Positions 9,530 to 20,433 are shown, counted from the stretch's first letter. The stretch: 64,000 nt of DNA from Akkermansia muciniphila (GCA_945900775.1 CAMDJP010000001.1:81822-145821), one strand, 5' to 3'. A program made the numbers and translations. The notes: generated by a model from the letters alone, not told the origin.

Positions 9530-10081
9530 TTACTGGCTGGCAATCATCCCCTGCTGGCGCGCGAAATTAAAGAGCCCACCAGCATCCACCACGGGTCGAA
9601 CTTCGCCGAGCGGCTTGAAGGAATAGGCTTTGCCAGTGTTCTTCACGGTGACCGTCGCTTTGTCGAGGTCCACCGTCACCACGTCGCCGGTCTTGAGCAC
9701 ATCGCAGAGCCGCTCCGTGACTTCGCAAGGATAAAGCTCGCCGGTGGCGACACAGTTTCTGAAGAAGATGCGCGCAAAACCCTCTGCGAGTACAATGCGG
9801 CACCCAGCAGATCCGAGCGCGATTGGGGCGTGTTCGCGGGAACTGCCGCAACCGAAATTTCTCCCGCCCAAGATAATCGGATACTCGGTGTCGAGTTGAT
9901 CCGGCTTTACGAAGCGTGTCGGGTAGAGCGCGTCGGGTAAGCCGTGCATCGCGTGGCTGCCGAGCTTCTCGTACTCGGCTGGAATCGTCGGGACGAGATT
10001 GAGGAACTCCGCAGGAATGATCTGGTCGGTGTCGATGTTGTCGCGCACCACGTAAATCGGGCCTGTAAAAACCGATGCCAT
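9530..10081 (-). CDS. leuD: 3-isopropylmalate dehydratase small subunit-like (aconitase swivel domain, LeuD type 2)
   Basis: DNIDTDQIIPAEFL and GGRNFGCGSSREHAP motifs. I prefer the ATG at 10081 (MASVFTGPIYVV). The track start at 10171 adds 30 non-homologous residues reaching the serS upstream region. Confidence 0.8.
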   Translation of the reverse strand: MASVFTGPIYVVRDNIDTDQIIPAEFLNLVPTIPAEYEKLGSHAMHGLPDALYPTRFVKPDQLDTEYPIILGGRNFGCGSSREHAPIALGSAGCRIVLAEGFARIFFRNCVATGELYPCEVTERLCDVLKTGDVVTVDLDKATVTVKNTGKAYSFKPLGEVRPVVDAGGLFNFARQQGMIASQ

Positions 10082-10186
10082 AGGGCGTGGAGTGTCACCA
10101 GCAACGCCATTCGTTTCAAACAAAAAAACAAGCAGTGCACTCCAGCGAAGGCTTGTCGATGAAAGCCACATTTCTATAATGCGAGC

Positions 10187-11488
10187 GTGCTGGACATTAA
10201 ATTAATCAGGGAGTCGACAGCGTTTGTTAAACAGCGGCTAGCGACGCGCGGGGTGGGGGACGAAGCCCGGATCGACGAGGTGCTGCAGTTCGACGAACAG
10301 CGCCGCGCAGCGCTGTCTGAGGGGGAACTGCTGAAGTCCGAGCGCAACAAGGCTTCCAAGGAAATCGCCGGATTGATGGGTCAGAAGAAGCTCGCCGAGG
10401 CCGAGGCGCGTAAGGCTGAGGTGCGACAACTCGGTGATCGAATCGCAGAGCTCGACAAGGTGGTGGCAGATGTCGAACTGAAACGCGACGCGCTGCTGAT
10501 GCGCCTTCCGAACCTTCCTCACGAGAGCGTGGCGCTCGGCAAGGACGCGGCGGACAACCCGGAAATCCGCACTTGGGGCTCGAAGCCGGAGTTTACCTTC
10601 AAGCCGAAGTCGCACGTGAATCTCTGTGAGTCGCTGGGGCTGGTGGACTTCGCCCGCGGCGCGAAACTCTCAGGCAGCGGCTTCCTGCTCTATACGAACT
10701 GGGGGGCGCGACTGGAGCGAGCGCTCATCCAGTTCCTGCTCGACCTGCACACGACCGAACACGGCTACACCGAGGTAGCGCCACCGTATATCGTCGGCCG
10801 GCACTGCATGGAGGGCGTGGGCCAGTTCCCGAAGTTTGAGGATCAGGCCTACGCGGTGCAGGAGGGGCTCGATGCCAGCACGATGGGCAAACTCTACCTC
10901 CTACCGACGGCTGAGGCGCCGGTAGCGAACATCCACCGAGAGGAAATCCTCGCCGAGAAGCAGCTCCCGATTAAGTACGTGGCCTACAGCCCGTGCTTTC
11001 GAGCCGAGGCAGGTGCGGCTGGCGTCGGCACGCGCGGGATGATCCGCGTTCACCAGTTCGACAAGGTGGAGCTGATTAAGATCGTGAAGGCGGAGCAGGG
11101 CTATGCGGAGTTGGAGTCGTTGGTGAACAACGCGGAAAAGGTTCTGCAGCTTCTTGGGCTCCACTACCGAGTGATTAACCTCTGCACGGGCGACATGGGA
11201 TTCGCCAGCGCGAAAACCTATGACATTGAGGTATGGGCGCCGGGGCAGGGGGCGTATCTCGAGGTGTCAAGCTGCTCGAACTGCGAGGAGTTTCAGGCCC
11301 GCCGAATGAGCCTGCGCTACAAGAGTGAGTCGGGCGAGAACGTGATGCCACACATTCTCAACGGCAGCGGCACGGCGCTGGCGCGCCTCTTCGTCGCGCT
11401 CGTCGAGACGCACCAGCAATCGGACGGGAGCATTGGCATCCCCGAGCCGTTGCGGTCCTATCTGAGGACGGATCGGATCACGGCGTAG
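10187..11488 (+). CDS. serS: Seryl-tRNA synthetase
   Basis: 433 aa starting MLDIKLIRE, with an N-terminal coiled-coil arm and class II core blocks (LPTAEAPVANIHREEIL, FRAEAGAAG, GSGTALARL). Confidence 0.95.
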   Translation: MLDIKLIRESTAFVKQRLATRGVGDEARIDEVLQFDEQRRAALSEGELLKSERNKASKEIAGLMGQKKLAEAEARKAEVRQLGDRIAELDKVVADVELKRDALLMRLPNLPHESVALGKDAADNPEIRTWGSKPEFTFKPKSHVNLCESLGLVDFARGAKLSGSGFLLYTNWGARLERALIQFLLDLHTTEHGYTEVAPPYIVGRHCMEGVGQFPKFEDQAYAVQEGLDASTMGKLYLLPTAEAPVANIHREEILAEKQLPIKYVAYSPCFRAEAGAAGVGTRGMIRVHQFDKVELIKIVKAEQGYAELESLVNNAEKVLQLLGLHYRVINLCTGDMGFASAKTYDIEVWAPGQGAYLEVSSCSNCEEFQARRMSLRYKSESGENVMPHILNGSGTALARLFVALVETHQQSDGSIGIPEPLRSYLRTDRITA

Positions 11489-11527
11489 CCTGTTGTTGGG
11501 CCGGTTTTCAGAAGGAAATCTCCTAGG

Positions 11528-12973
11528 ATGAAGATTTTGATGGTCAGCAGTGAAGTGCATCCGTTTTCAAAAACGGGTGGGCTGGCGGATATGGTGGGCG
11601 CCCTCTCCAAAACGCTCGCAGGCCTCGGCCATGAGGTGAGTGTGTTCACGCCGCTCTACCGCGGCCTCCGCGAACGGTTCCCAGCGATGGAACAGATGGA
11701 CTGGGAGATTCGGCTTCCGTTGGGCGGCCAGATGGTGGAAGCGAGTCTGTGGAAACTGACGGATGATGGGAGTGCGACGATCTATTTCTTGGATCAGCCG
11801 GAATTCTACGACCGAGATGGAATCTACGGTGTGGCCGGCGGCGTCTTTCCGGACAACGAGGCGCGCTACCTCTTCTTCTCCAAATGCGCGGTGCATCTGG
11901 CCCGCCACATGACGTCACCGCCTGAGGTGCTGCACCTGCACGACTGGCAGGCGGCCCCGGCGGCGTTGCTGGTGAACCACCAGAAATGGAGGGAAGGGTG
12001 GGGGACTGCGCCGCGCGTCTGCCTGACGCTGCACAACGTCGCCTATCAGGGGCACTTCAGCGCCAATACCTTCAGCCTGCTGAACCTGCCTTGGGAGTAT
12101 TTCCACCCGGAAGGAGCGGAGTTCTACAGCGGCTTCAACTGCCTGAAAACGGGCATCATGTACGCTGACTTGCTCACGACGGTGAGCCCACGCTACGCGC
12201 GCGAGATCACGCAGGACCAAGGTCACGGGCTAGATGGTGTGCTGCGAAAACGGGCGGGGGGACTCACAGGAATCCTCAACGGAGTCGACTACGAGGAGTG
12301 GCGGACCGAAGACAATCCGCATCTGGAACACGAGTTCAACGCCAGCGACCTTCGCGGCAAGGCGAAGGGTAAGGCTGCATTGCAGCAGAAACTCGGCCTC
12401 GCAGTCAGCCCTAACACGCCGCTCTTCGCCGCGGTCACGCGCCTAGCTGGTCAGAAGGGCCTAGACATCTTGCTGCCGGTGCTCGAGGAAATGCTGGCGG
12501 CAAATGAAATGCAGTTCGTGCTGCTCGGCAGCGGCGAGCCGAGCCTAGAGCATGCCTACCGGACGCTGGCGGAGCGGTTCGCTGACAAGGTGGTCGTACA
12601 AATCGGCTACGACACGGGTCTCTCGCACCAGATCGAGGCTGGCAGCGACTTCTTCCTCATGCCGTCGCGCTACGAGCCGTGCGGCCTAAACCAGATGTAC
12701 AGTCTGCGCTACGGGTCGGTTCCGATTGTTCGGCGCACAGGCGGCCTTGATGATTCGGTGGAAGACTTCAACGACGACCCGCTCCATGCCAACGGGGTGA
12801 AGTTCGAGGAGTTGAGCGTACCGGCGTTGACTGATGCTATCCGCAAGGCGCTGCGCATTTACGCAGACAAGGAACTACTAGGCATCCTTCGCCGTCGCGG
12901 AATGTCCGCCGACTTCTCCTGGGGGCAATCGGCGCGCGAATACCTCCGAGCCTTCCAAACGCCTTCGGCCTAA
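11528..12973 (+). CDS. glgA: Glycogen/starch synthase (ADP-glucose type, GT5)
   Basis: MKILMVSSEVHPFSKTGGLADMVGALSKTL at the N-terminus, and the C-terminal block PSRYEPCGLNQMYSLRYGSVPIVRRTGGLDDSV. Confidence 0.9.
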   Translation: MKILMVSSEVHPFSKTGGLADMVGALSKTLAGLGHEVSVFTPLYRGLRERFPAMEQMDWEIRLPLGGQMVEASLWKLTDDGSATIYFLDQPEFYDRDGIYGVAGGVFPDNEARYLFFSKCAVHLARHMTSPPEVLHLHDWQAAPAALLVNHQKWREGWGTAPRVCLTLHNVAYQGHFSANTFSLLNLPWEYFHPEGAEFYSGFNCLKTGIMYADLLTTVSPRYAREITQDQGHGLDGVLRKRAGGLTGILNGVDYEEWRTEDNPHLEHEFNASDLRGKAKGKAALQQKLGLAVSPNTPLFAAVTRLAGQKGLDILLPVLEEMLAANEMQFVLLGSGEPSLEHAYRTLAERFADKVVVQIGYDTGLSHQIEAGSDFFLMPSRYEPCGLNQMYSLRYGSVPIVRRTGGLDDSVEDFNDDPLHANGVKFEELSVPALTDAIRKALRIYADKELLGILRRRGMSADFSWGQSAREYLRAFQTPSA

Positions 12974-13086
12974 CAATCAGAAAGAGAGTCGACCCACGCC
13001 GAACTCAAAGTGGAGAAGCTAAGACTTATTAAATATAACATTTATTGTGCGCTAGAACTGGCGGAGCGGAACCTGCCTAAACTGTT

Positions 13087-14304
13087 CTAGCGGTGGCTCC
13101 AACCGAAGCGCCCACTGAGGACGGGCCAATAGACGAAGGCTGACTTGCCGATGATGTTGGCCTGTGGAAAGTCGCCCCAGGATCGTGAGTCGAGGCTGTT
13201 CAGGGTGTTATCGCCGAAGGCTAGACAATGTTCAGGGCGAACCATGAAGCTGCTCGTCTCATCGCGGAAATAGTAAGCTAGGTTGCCGCGGTCGGTCTGG
13301 GTGGCCACGAGTTGGTTGACGTGGCCGGAATAATGACTGTCGCGTGGCGGTTGACTGAAGTAATAGAGGTTCTCGAAGCGCGGCGTGGCGGCGTCGAGTC
13401 GCTCGCCGTTGATGCGCACGTGGCGATCGTTGCCGATGACCACGCGCTCTTTGCCCATGGCGATGAGGCGCTTGATGTAGAACGTATTCGCAGCCGGCCG
13501 CAGATCGGGTCGCTCGGGCGCGCCAGTGATACCGGTTGTTTCGAAGACGACAATCTCGCCTCGCGCGGGCTTGCGGAAATTGTAGGTCAACCGGTCCACA
13601 AATAGATAATCGCCTGTCGTCACCGCGACCTTGATAAGGTCGTCTCCCTTGCGGTAGGTCTGGCCGAAGCGAAGACCAGCGCGGTTGCCTCCGGGTTCGC
13701 TGCGACTTGGCAGAAGTTGGTCGGGCGGGAACCAGACTGTGTACCAGTAATCACCGACCCGGAAACGTTGCTTTCGAATGAAGAGAAGTACGCGCTGTGG
13801 CGATTCGACGGCGCTCACCTCGCCGTCCGTCTCGGCAACAACGTGCACATACTGAATTCCCCTGCCCCACCGATCGACAAAACGATTCCACCCCGTGGGA
13901 ATCTTTCCTGCTGTCTTGTCGCGCAAGTCCTGATGAGTGATCCCATAGAGCGTTGGCTGCATCGAGCCAGTTGGGATGGTGAACGGCTGGAAGAAGAAGG
14001 CGCGGAAAGCGAGCACCACGGTGATGACCACCAACGCCATCTCGACATATTCGCGAATCGCGGCGCGGGGATGCGGCACCAACCGGCTTCCCGCGACCTG
14101 CTCCAACTCCGTCATGCCCGCCATGAGTGTCGACTTATCAACCCCTGCCCGCAACAGCTTCGTCAGGTTCTCGCTGGCCGCGGCAATTTCCTCCAGCGCC
14201 TTCGCGTCGAGCAGGTCTCGCTGTGCGTCGACGTGCTTGCGGACCTGCTTGATCAGGTCGAACGCCTGCCGGACGGTGCTTGAGATGAGCCAGCGGAAAA
14301 TCAT
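13087..14304 (-). CDS. lepB: Signal peptidase I (S26) with ~90-aa cytoplasmic N-terminal extension
   Basis: Catalytic Ser box TGSMQPTL, Lys box YIKRLIAMGKERV, and GDNTLNSLDSRSWG. It starts 11 nt downstream of lepA, the classical lepA-lepB order. Confidence 0.9.
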   Translation of the reverse strand: MIFRWLISSTVRQAFDLIKQVRKHVDAQRDLLDAKALEEIAAASENLTKLLRAGVDKSTLMAGMTELEQVAGSRLVPHPRAAIREYVEMALVVITVVLAFRAFFFQPFTIPTGSMQPTLYGITHQDLRDKTAGKIPTGWNRFVDRWGRGIQYVHVVAETDGEVSAVESPQRVLLFIRKQRFRVGDYWYTVWFPPDQLLPSRSEPGGNRAGLRFGQTYRKGDDLIKVAVTTGDYLFVDRLTYNFRKPARGEIVVFETTGITGAPERPDLRPAANTFYIKRLIAMGKERVVIGNDRHVRINGERLDAATPRFENLYYFSQPPRDSHYSGHVNQLVATQTDRGNLAYYFRDETSSFMVRPEHCLAFGDNTLNSLDSRSWGDFPQANIIGKSAFVYWPVLSGRFGWSHR

Positions 14305-14315
14305 GCGCCCCTACC

Positions 14316-16106
14316 CTAGGCCTTGAGCACTTGGATGAAAGCCTCTTGCGGAATGTTTACGTTGCCGATGGCCTTCATTCTCTTTTTGCCTTCCTTCTGT
14401 TTTTCCAGCAGCTTGCGCTTGCGGCTGATGTCGCCGCCGTAGCACTTAGCGGTCACGTCCTTACGGAAAGCTCCGACGCTCTCGCGTGCGACAATCTTGC
14501 CGCCAATCGCGGCCTGAATAGCGATGCCGAACTGCTGTCGCGGTATGACTTCCTTGAGCTTCGCAGCGAGCACCCGTCCCCTGCCCTCCGCTTTTTCGCG
14601 ATGGACGATACTGGAGAAAGCGTCCATCGGCTCCGCGTTCACAAGCATATCCAGTTTCACCATGTCAGATTCCTGGTAACCGGCGTGATCGTAATCCATC
14701 GAGCCAAAACCGCGGGTGATACTCTTGATGCGGTCATGGAAGTCGATGAGGATCTCGTTCAGGGGCATCAAATTGGTTAACATCACACGCTTGGAATCGA
14801 GTGTCTCCGTGTGATCAAGACTGCCACGCTTCTCGGAAACCAACGCCATCATGTCGCCGATATATTCGTTCGGGCAGATGATGAAGGCTTTCACCATCGG
14901 TTCCTCGATCTTCCCGATGTAAGTCGCGTCCGGCATGAAGGCGGGGTTATCTACCTCCTTCATCGTCCCGTCGGTGAGAGTTACCTTGTACACCACGCTC
15001 GGATACGTGGCGATGATGTCCATGTCATACTCGCGCCGCAACCGCTCCTGCACAATCTCCATGTGGAGCAAGCCGAGGAAGCCGCAGCGGAAGCCGAAGC
15101 CCAGCGCCACGGAACTCTCCGTCTGATACACGAAGGCTGAGTCGTTGAGCTGCAACTTCTCCACACTCACCTTCAGCTGCTCGTAGTCCGCCGTGTTAAT
15201 AGGATAGATACCGCTGAACACGAGCGGCTGGATCTCCTTGAAACCGGGCAGCTCGGGCGAAGGGTTGCGCGACTCCGTGATTGTGTCGCCCATCTTGACC
15301 TCCTTCGGGGTCTTGATGTTAGCTGTCATGTAGCCCGTCTCGCCCGTCGCGAGGCTGTCACGCTTGTAGGCCTTCGGGTTGAAACTCCCGACCTCCTTCA
15401 CTTCGTAGGTCCTGCCCGTATGGAGTAGTTTCACTTGAATGCCCGGCTTCAACACCCCGTTGAAAACGCGCACGTGCGTCACCACGCCTTTGTAAGTGTC
15501 GTAGAAAGAATCGAAACAGAGCGCTTGCAGCGACGGCGCGCCTGTCGGTTTCGGTGCTGGCACACGCTCGATAATCGCCTCGAGAATTTCCACGATACCG
15601 ATTCCTTCCTTCGCGCTGGCGAGGATCGCCGTGTCGGCTGGGATGGCGAGAATGTCTTCGAGTTGCTGCTTGGCCATCGGCACGTCGGCGTGCGGCAGGT
15701 CAATCTTGTTGATCACCGGGATGATTGTCAGGTTCTGCTTCATCGCCAGTTGCATGTTGGCGACCGTCTGGGCCTCCACGCCTTGGGCGGCGTCCACGAT
15801 GAGCAGCGCCCCCTCGCACGCCGAGAGACTGCGCGAGACCTCGTATGAAAAGTCCACATGACCCGGCGTGTCGATGAGGTTCAGCTCGTATACCTCGCCG
15901 TTCTTGGCCGTGTAATGCATCGTCACCGGATGAGCCTTGATCGTAATCCCGCGCTCCCGCTCGAGATCCATCGCATCCAAGAGCTGGGCCTCCATATCGC
16001 GCAGAGCCACCGTGCCGGTCGTCTGCAGGAGTCGGTCCGACAGGGTCGTCTTCCCGTGATCGATGTGGGCGATGATACTAAAATTGCGTATGTGAGCTGT
16101 GTCCAT
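14316..16106 (-). CDS. lepA: Translation elongation factor 4
   Basis: 596 aa with IRNFSIIAHIDHGKTTLSDRLL, DTPGHVDF, and a LepA-specific C-terminal region ending FIQVLKA. Confidence 0.97.
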   Translation of the reverse strand: MDTAHIRNFSIIAHIDHGKTTLSDRLLQTTGTVALRDMEAQLLDAMDLERERGITIKAHPVTMHYTAKNGEVYELNLIDTPGHVDFSYEVSRSLSACEGALLIVDAAQGVEAQTVANMQLAMKQNLTIIPVINKIDLPHADVPMAKQQLEDILAIPADTAILASAKEGIGIVEILEAIIERVPAPKPTGAPSLQALCFDSFYDTYKGVVTHVRVFNGVLKPGIQVKLLHTGRTYEVKEVGSFNPKAYKRDSLATGETGYMTANIKTPKEVKMGDTITESRNPSPELPGFKEIQPLVFSGIYPINTADYEQLKVSVEKLQLNDSAFVYQTESSVALGFGFRCGFLGLLHMEIVQERLRREYDMDIIATYPSVVYKVTLTDGTMKEVDNPAFMPDATYIGKIEEPMVKAFIICPNEYIGDMMALVSEKRGSLDHTETLDSKRVMLTNLMPLNEILIDFHDRIKSITRGFGSMDYDHAGYQESDMVKLDMLVNAEPMDAFSSIVHREKAEGRGRVLAAKLKEVIPRQQFGIAIQAAIGGKIVARESVGAFRKDVTAKCYGGDISRKRKLLEKQKEGKKRMKAIGNVNIPQEAFIQVLKA

Positions 16107-16195
16107 CGGTTTGCCTTACAACAATATAACGTACAAGAGTAACGGGATGGCCCCCCCGTAAAAAGGGAAATATGCGCCGTCGTGCGGCAATCCGC

Positions 16196-17620
16196 TTAGA
16201 CCTGCTTCGTCAAGCGGACCCCCAAACGCAGAAGCTGCTGAACTTTGCTCTCGCTCTGAGCCTCGGCGTAGATGCGCAGAATCGGCTCGGTGCCGGAGCC
16301 CCGCAGCATGAGCCAAGAGCCGTTGGAGGCGATGAACTTCACGCCGTCGTAGGTCTTCACATCGATGAGCGGCGAACCTTGAAGCCGCGCCGGTGGGTGA
16401 GTTTTGCAAAAAGCCATCAGGGCGTCGCGTTTTTCGAGTGGGAAATGGGTGTCGATGCGACCGTAGCGGTGCGGGCCGTACTCCTTTTCCAGCGCGGCCA
16501 GCAGCTTGTTCACCGACTGTCGCTCGGTGCCGAGGAGTTCCAAAAGCATGAGTCCGGCGAGGATGCCGTCGCGCTCGGGAATGTGGCCGGGAAAACCGAT
16601 GCCGCCGGATTCCTCGAACCCGAGGAGGACGTTACCCTTGAGCATCTCGGCGGCGATGTATTTGAAGCCGACACCGGTCTCGACCAATTCGAGTCCGTGC
16701 ACGGCGCAGATTTTATCGACCATGGAGGTGGTAGTAAGGGCTTTCACCACGCGGCCACGACCCCGCCGGTTGGCAATGAAATGCTGAAGGAGCAGGCAGA
16801 TGACCTGATGTGTTGAGAGCGCGCGGCCATGACCGTCCATGCAGCCGACCCGGTCGGCATCACCATCGGTCACGAGGCAGATGTCGTGCGGATTCTTACG
16901 CAATGCAGCGGCGGTCCGTGTGTAGTTCCGAGCGATCGGCTCCGGATTGATGCCGCCGAAGTTTGGGTCGTGCGCGGCGTTGAATGTGGTTACGCGGCAC
17001 CGAGTGCCTGCCAAGAGAGTCTCAAAGCAACCGGCACCAACACCAAAGAGTGGTTCATGGGCAAAGCGCAGGCGTGTTTTGGCGATGAGTGGGAAATCCA
17101 CCAATCGCTTGATGCTAGCAAAATAGTTGGGGCGCAAATCGCGGATTAGAATGCGTTTCGTGCGCACCGCTTCATCAAAGGACAGCGACCGGACCGGACT
17201 TCTGCCAAGAAGCGCCTCGACTGATTGGCAAAGAGCCGGCTCTGCCGAACCGCCGAAGTGAGCCTTGAGTTTAAATCCATTAAAGCTGGCCGCATTATGG
17301 CTGGCGGTAATCATCACCCCACCCCGCGCGGACGCCTCTTTGACCGCAAAAGAGACCGCTGGCGTGGGAACAGGCTCCGTGCTGAGAATCACCTGTAGGC
17401 CGTTGCCGGCAAAGACTTCAGCGGTACGCTGGGCGAATTCGTCGGAGAGGAAGCGGCGGTCGTAGCCAACCACGGCAATCGGTTGGGTGTTTGGAGCGGG
17501 ATTGGCAGCCCAGCAGTCCGCTGTGGCTTGCGCAACGCGCTCGACGTTGGTGAATGTGAACTGCTCGGCGATGACTGCTCGCCAGCCGTCGGTGCCAAAC
17601 TTAATCGGGAGGTGGGTCAT
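16196..17620 (-). CDS. alpha-D-phosphohexomutase (phosphoglucomutase/phosphomannomutase family)
   Basis: 474 aa. Phosphoserine loop GVMITASHNAASFNGFK, metal loop TDGDADR, and sugar loop GFEESGG. Confidence 0.85.
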   Translation of the reverse strand: MTHLPIKFGTDGWRAVIAEQFTFTNVERVAQATADCWAANPAPNTQPIAVVGYDRRFLSDEFAQRTAEVFAGNGLQVILSTEPVPTPAVSFAVKEASARGGVMITASHNAASFNGFKLKAHFGGSAEPALCQSVEALLGRSPVRSLSFDEAVRTKRILIRDLRPNYFASIKRLVDFPLIAKTRLRFAHEPLFGVGAGCFETLLAGTRCRVTTFNAAHDPNFGGINPEPIARNYTRTAAALRKNPHDICLVTDGDADRVGCMDGHGRALSTHQVICLLLQHFIANRRGRGRVVKALTTTSMVDKICAVHGLELVETGVGFKYIAAEMLKGNVLLGFEESGGIGFPGHIPERDGILAGLMLLELLGTERQSVNKLLAALEKEYGPHRYGRIDTHFPLEKRDALMAFCKTHPPARLQGSPLIDVKTYDGVKFIASNGSWLMLRGSGTEPILRIYAEAQSESKVQQLLRLGVRLTKQV

Positions 17621-17623
17621 ACT

Positions 17624-18292
17624 TCAGTCTCGCCGGCGATGCTTCTCCACGAGGGCACGCATCTTCTTAAGAGCTCCCTTCATGTTGGGCTTAGTGAAGA
17701 GGGCGCTACCGCTGACGAAGGTGTCGGCTCCGGCGCGGGCACATTCGGTGGCGGTCTCGAAATTGATCCCGCCATCCACCTCGATGCGGTAGGCGAGGCC
17801 GCGCTCCTTCCGCCATGTCCAGGCCTGCTGGACCTTCGGCAGGCACTCGGTGATGAAAGGCTGGCCGCCGAAACCGGGATTGACGGTCATCACCAGGAGC
17901 AGATCAATCTGGCTCAGATGCGGCTCAGCGGCGGTCATGGCCGTCGGCGGATTCACAGCGAGACCGACCTTCTTGCCGAGCGACTTGATTTTCCAGATGA
18001 GCTGCGAGACTTGATCGCCCAACTCGGCGTGTATGATGATCTGGTCTGCGCCGGCCTTGGCAAAGGATTCGAGGAGTATCTCTGGGTGGCTGCACATGAG
18101 GTGGACGTCGTAGAAGAGGCGTGTCTGCAGGCGGAGAGTCTTCACCAAGTCGGCGCCGAAAGAGATGTTCGGCACGAAGTTGCCATCCATAATATCGAGG
18201 TGGAGCCAGTCGGCGCTGGCGCGCTCGGCGCGGCGGGCCTCGGCGGCAAACTTCCCGAAGTTGGCGGCGAGGAGCGAAGGCGCGATGATCAT
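17624..18292 (-). CDS. rpe: Ribulose-phosphate 3-epimerase
   Basis: MIIAPSLLAANFGKF, WLHLDIMDGNFVPN and MTVNPGFGGQ blocks. The ATG at 18292 is preferred; the track start at 18346 adds 18 residues. Confidence 0.92.
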   Translation of the reverse strand: MIIAPSLLAANFGKFAAEARRAERASADWLHLDIMDGNFVPNISFGADLVKTLRLQTRLFYDVHLMCSHPEILLESFAKAGADQIIIHAELGDQVSQLIWKIKSLGKKVGLAVNPPTAMTAAEPHLSQIDLLLVMTVNPGFGGQPFITECLPKVQQAWTWRKERGLAYRIEVDGGINFETATECARAGADTFVSGSALFTKPNMKGALKKMRALVEKHRRRD

Positions 18293-18352
18293 CGCACAAG
18301 AGGCTAGTGAAAAGATGCGGTGGGAGTCAATCGCGGCGCGCCGCAAATTGGA

Positions 18353-20386
18353 CTAAGCCGGCGCGGGCGCGGGCGTACCGAGACCGGGGTCGAGCTTCGG
18401 CGGGACAGGCTTGACCGATTCGGAAAGCGGCGTGTGGGCCACGTCATTGAGCGGCGTGGAGTCCTGTGGCGGGGGCGGGGGGGGCGTAAATTTTCCTGTG
18501 CGAACAATCTCTTCGACCTGCGATCCATCGAGCGTCTCGTGCTCGAGCAAACTCTTGGCGATAAGTTCGAGCTTGTCGCGATTGGCCTCGATGAGGGTCT
18601 TGGCTCTTTCGTAGCCGGCGTTGGTAATCCGCTTTACCTCGGTGTCGATTTCCTTGGCGGTGTCCTCACTGTAATCCTTTGTGCGGGCCATGTCGCGGCC
18701 GAGGAATACGTATTCGTTCTGGTCGCCGTACTGGACCATGCCGAGATTCTCGCTCATGCCGAACTGACAGACCATGGCGCGAGCCAGCTTGGTGGCCTGC
18801 TGAATGTCGCCGGCGGCACCGGTGGAGACGTCGCCGGAGAATATCTCCTCGGCGATACGACCGGCCATCGTCATGGTGATGATGTCGAGCATCTCCTTCT
18901 TCTGATGGTTCAATACATCCTCTTTCGGCAAGGACATGGTCGAACCAAGCGACTGGCCGCGCGGAATGATGGTGACCTTGTGGAGCGGGTGGGTGTAATC
19001 GAGCAAGACGTTCACGAGGGCGTGACCAGCCTCGTGCCAAGCCGTGCGCTGCTTGTCTTCATTGGTCATCGCCAAAGTGCGCCGCTCGCGACCCCAGCGA
19101 ACTTTGTCGCGCGCTTCCTCGAGTTCAGCCATGGCGATGTGATTCTTGCCACGCCGAGCCGCAAGGAGAGCAGCCTCATTCAGAAGGTTTGCCAATTCAG
19201 CGCCGGAATAGCCGGGCGTACCGCGAGCGATGACGGAAAGGTCGGCTGCGGTATCGAGCTTAACATTCTTAGCGTGGACTTTGAGGATGGCCTCGCGTCC
19301 ACGGACGTCGGGTAGGTTGACGGTGATCTGGCGGTCGAAGCGGCCAGGGCGAAGAAGAGCTGGGTCGAGGACATCCGGGCGGTTTGTGGCGGCGATGATA
19401 ATGATGCCTTCCTGCGAGTCGAAGCCGTCCATCTCGACAAGCAGCGCGTTGAGCGTCTGTTCGCGCTCGTCGTTACCGCCACCGAGGCCATGGCCGCGAC
19501 TGCGCCCGACGGCGTCAATCTCATCGATGAAGATGAGGCACGGCGTGGTCTTGCGCGCCTGCTCGAACATGTCGCGCACGCGACTGGCGCCGACGCCGAC
19601 GAACATCTCCACGAAATCCGATCCGGAAATGCTGAAGAAAGCGGCAGTCGCCTCACCGGCAATAGCCTTGGCGAGGAGTGTTTTGCCGGTGCCGGGAGAG
19701 CCGATCATGAGGATGCCCTTTGGGATTCGGCCGCCGAGTTTCTGGAACTTTTTTGGGTCCTTGAGGAAGTCGACCAACTCAGAAACCTCATCCTTAGCCT
19801 CTTCTACGCCAGCGACATCCTTGAAGGTAATCTTATTCTTTTCCTTCGCCAGCACCTTCGCCTTGCTTTTGCCGAAGCTGAGCGCGCCCTTACCGGCCAT
19901 CTTAATTTGACGAATGAAAAAGAAATATATGAAACCCACGATGAGCAAAAACGGCAGCATCGTGAGTAGAAAGCTCATCAGGAAGGTGTTTGGCTCTACC
20001 GGGCGAAACTTCCCGGAGGCTAAGAGCCTGTCCTGTGCAGCATCGGTTAGGGGAGTCTTGATTCGGAAGAACTCGATTTTTTCTTTGTCGCTCTCGTCCT
20101 TGAGCGACTCGTTCCTCTGATCCACGAGGCGGTATTTGCCGGTGATTGTGCGAAGTTCGCTGGCCTGAGAATTGTAAGCAATTTCGCCGGCGATGAGCTG
20201 CTTACCATCCAGCTTACCGTCGACCAGCTTGATGAGGTCAGGGTACGGCAATTCGACAGACTTCGTATCCGTCTGGTTTCGCAGCATTATCAGAAACGGG
20301 ATTAAGCCGAGGATGGCGATCCAGATAATCCAAGTCTTCGCGCCGCGTTCGTTTTGTTCGCTCTCGTTTTTGTTCTCGTCCGACAT
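18353..20386 (-). CDS. ftsH: ATP-dependent zinc metalloprotease FtsH
   Basis: 677 aa. Walker A GSPGTGKT, second region of homology, zinc site HEAGHAL, and a Pro-rich C-terminal tail. Confidence 0.97.
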   Translation of the reverse strand: MSDENKNESEQNERGAKTWIIWIAILGLIPFLIMLRNQTDTKSVELPYPDLIKLVDGKLDGKQLIAGEIAYNSQASELRTITGKYRLVDQRNESLKDESDKEKIEFFRIKTPLTDAAQDRLLASGKFRPVEPNTFLMSFLLTMLPFLLIVGFIYFFFIRQIKMAGKGALSFGKSKAKVLAKEKNKITFKDVAGVEEAKDEVSELVDFLKDPKKFQKLGGRIPKGILMIGSPGTGKTLLAKAIAGEATAAFFSISGSDFVEMFVGVGASRVRDMFEQARKTTPCLIFIDEIDAVGRSRGHGLGGGNDEREQTLNALLVEMDGFDSQEGIIIIAATNRPDVLDPALLRPGRFDRQITVNLPDVRGREAILKVHAKNVKLDTAADLSVIARGTPGYSGAELANLLNEAALLAARRGKNHIAMAELEEARDKVRWGRERRTLAMTNEDKQRTAWHEAGHALVNVLLDYTHPLHKVTIIPRGQSLGSTMSLPKEDVLNHQKKEMLDIITMTMAGRIAEEIFSGDVSTGAAGDIQQATKLARAMVCQFGMSENLGMVQYGDQNEYVFLGRDMARTKDYSEDTAKEIDTEVKRITNAGYERAKTLIEANRDKLELIAKSLLEHETLDGSQVEEIVRTGKFTPPPPPPQDSTPLNDVAHTPLSESVKPVPPKLDPGLGTPAPAPA

Positions 20387-20433
20387 ATTCTAGCCATTAA
20401 GGTTATATCATCACGTGCTGAACATAGCAACCT

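Noticed and set aside
10082-10171. N-terminal extensions produced by the track's longest-ORF rule. Examples are leuD 10171, rpe 18346, the propeller genes 28885 and 48460, subunit IV 35609, DUF4340 57864, ABC ATPase 61240, DUF2203 61915 and TPR 63417.
   Set aside because: The extensions overlap upstream genes or lack homology. Internal starts restore signal peptides or canonical N-termini and give tight stop/start junctions.
18477-18484. G8 homopolymer (C8 on the coding strand) inside ftsH
   Set aside because: It encodes part of the poly-Pro C-terminal tail. A slip would only change the last ~40 non-catalytic residues, and there is no evidence of phase variation from a single sequence.
18320-19315. 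331-aa plus-strand ORF, and similar long antisense ORFs at 17483-18307, 29776-30759, 44841-45710, 62134-62952, 26030-26821 and 6672-7334
   Set aside because: Each lies opposite a confidently identified gene (ftsH, rpe, hydrolase, alaS, TPR, PSD1/propeller, metK). They show no start context and no motif content.
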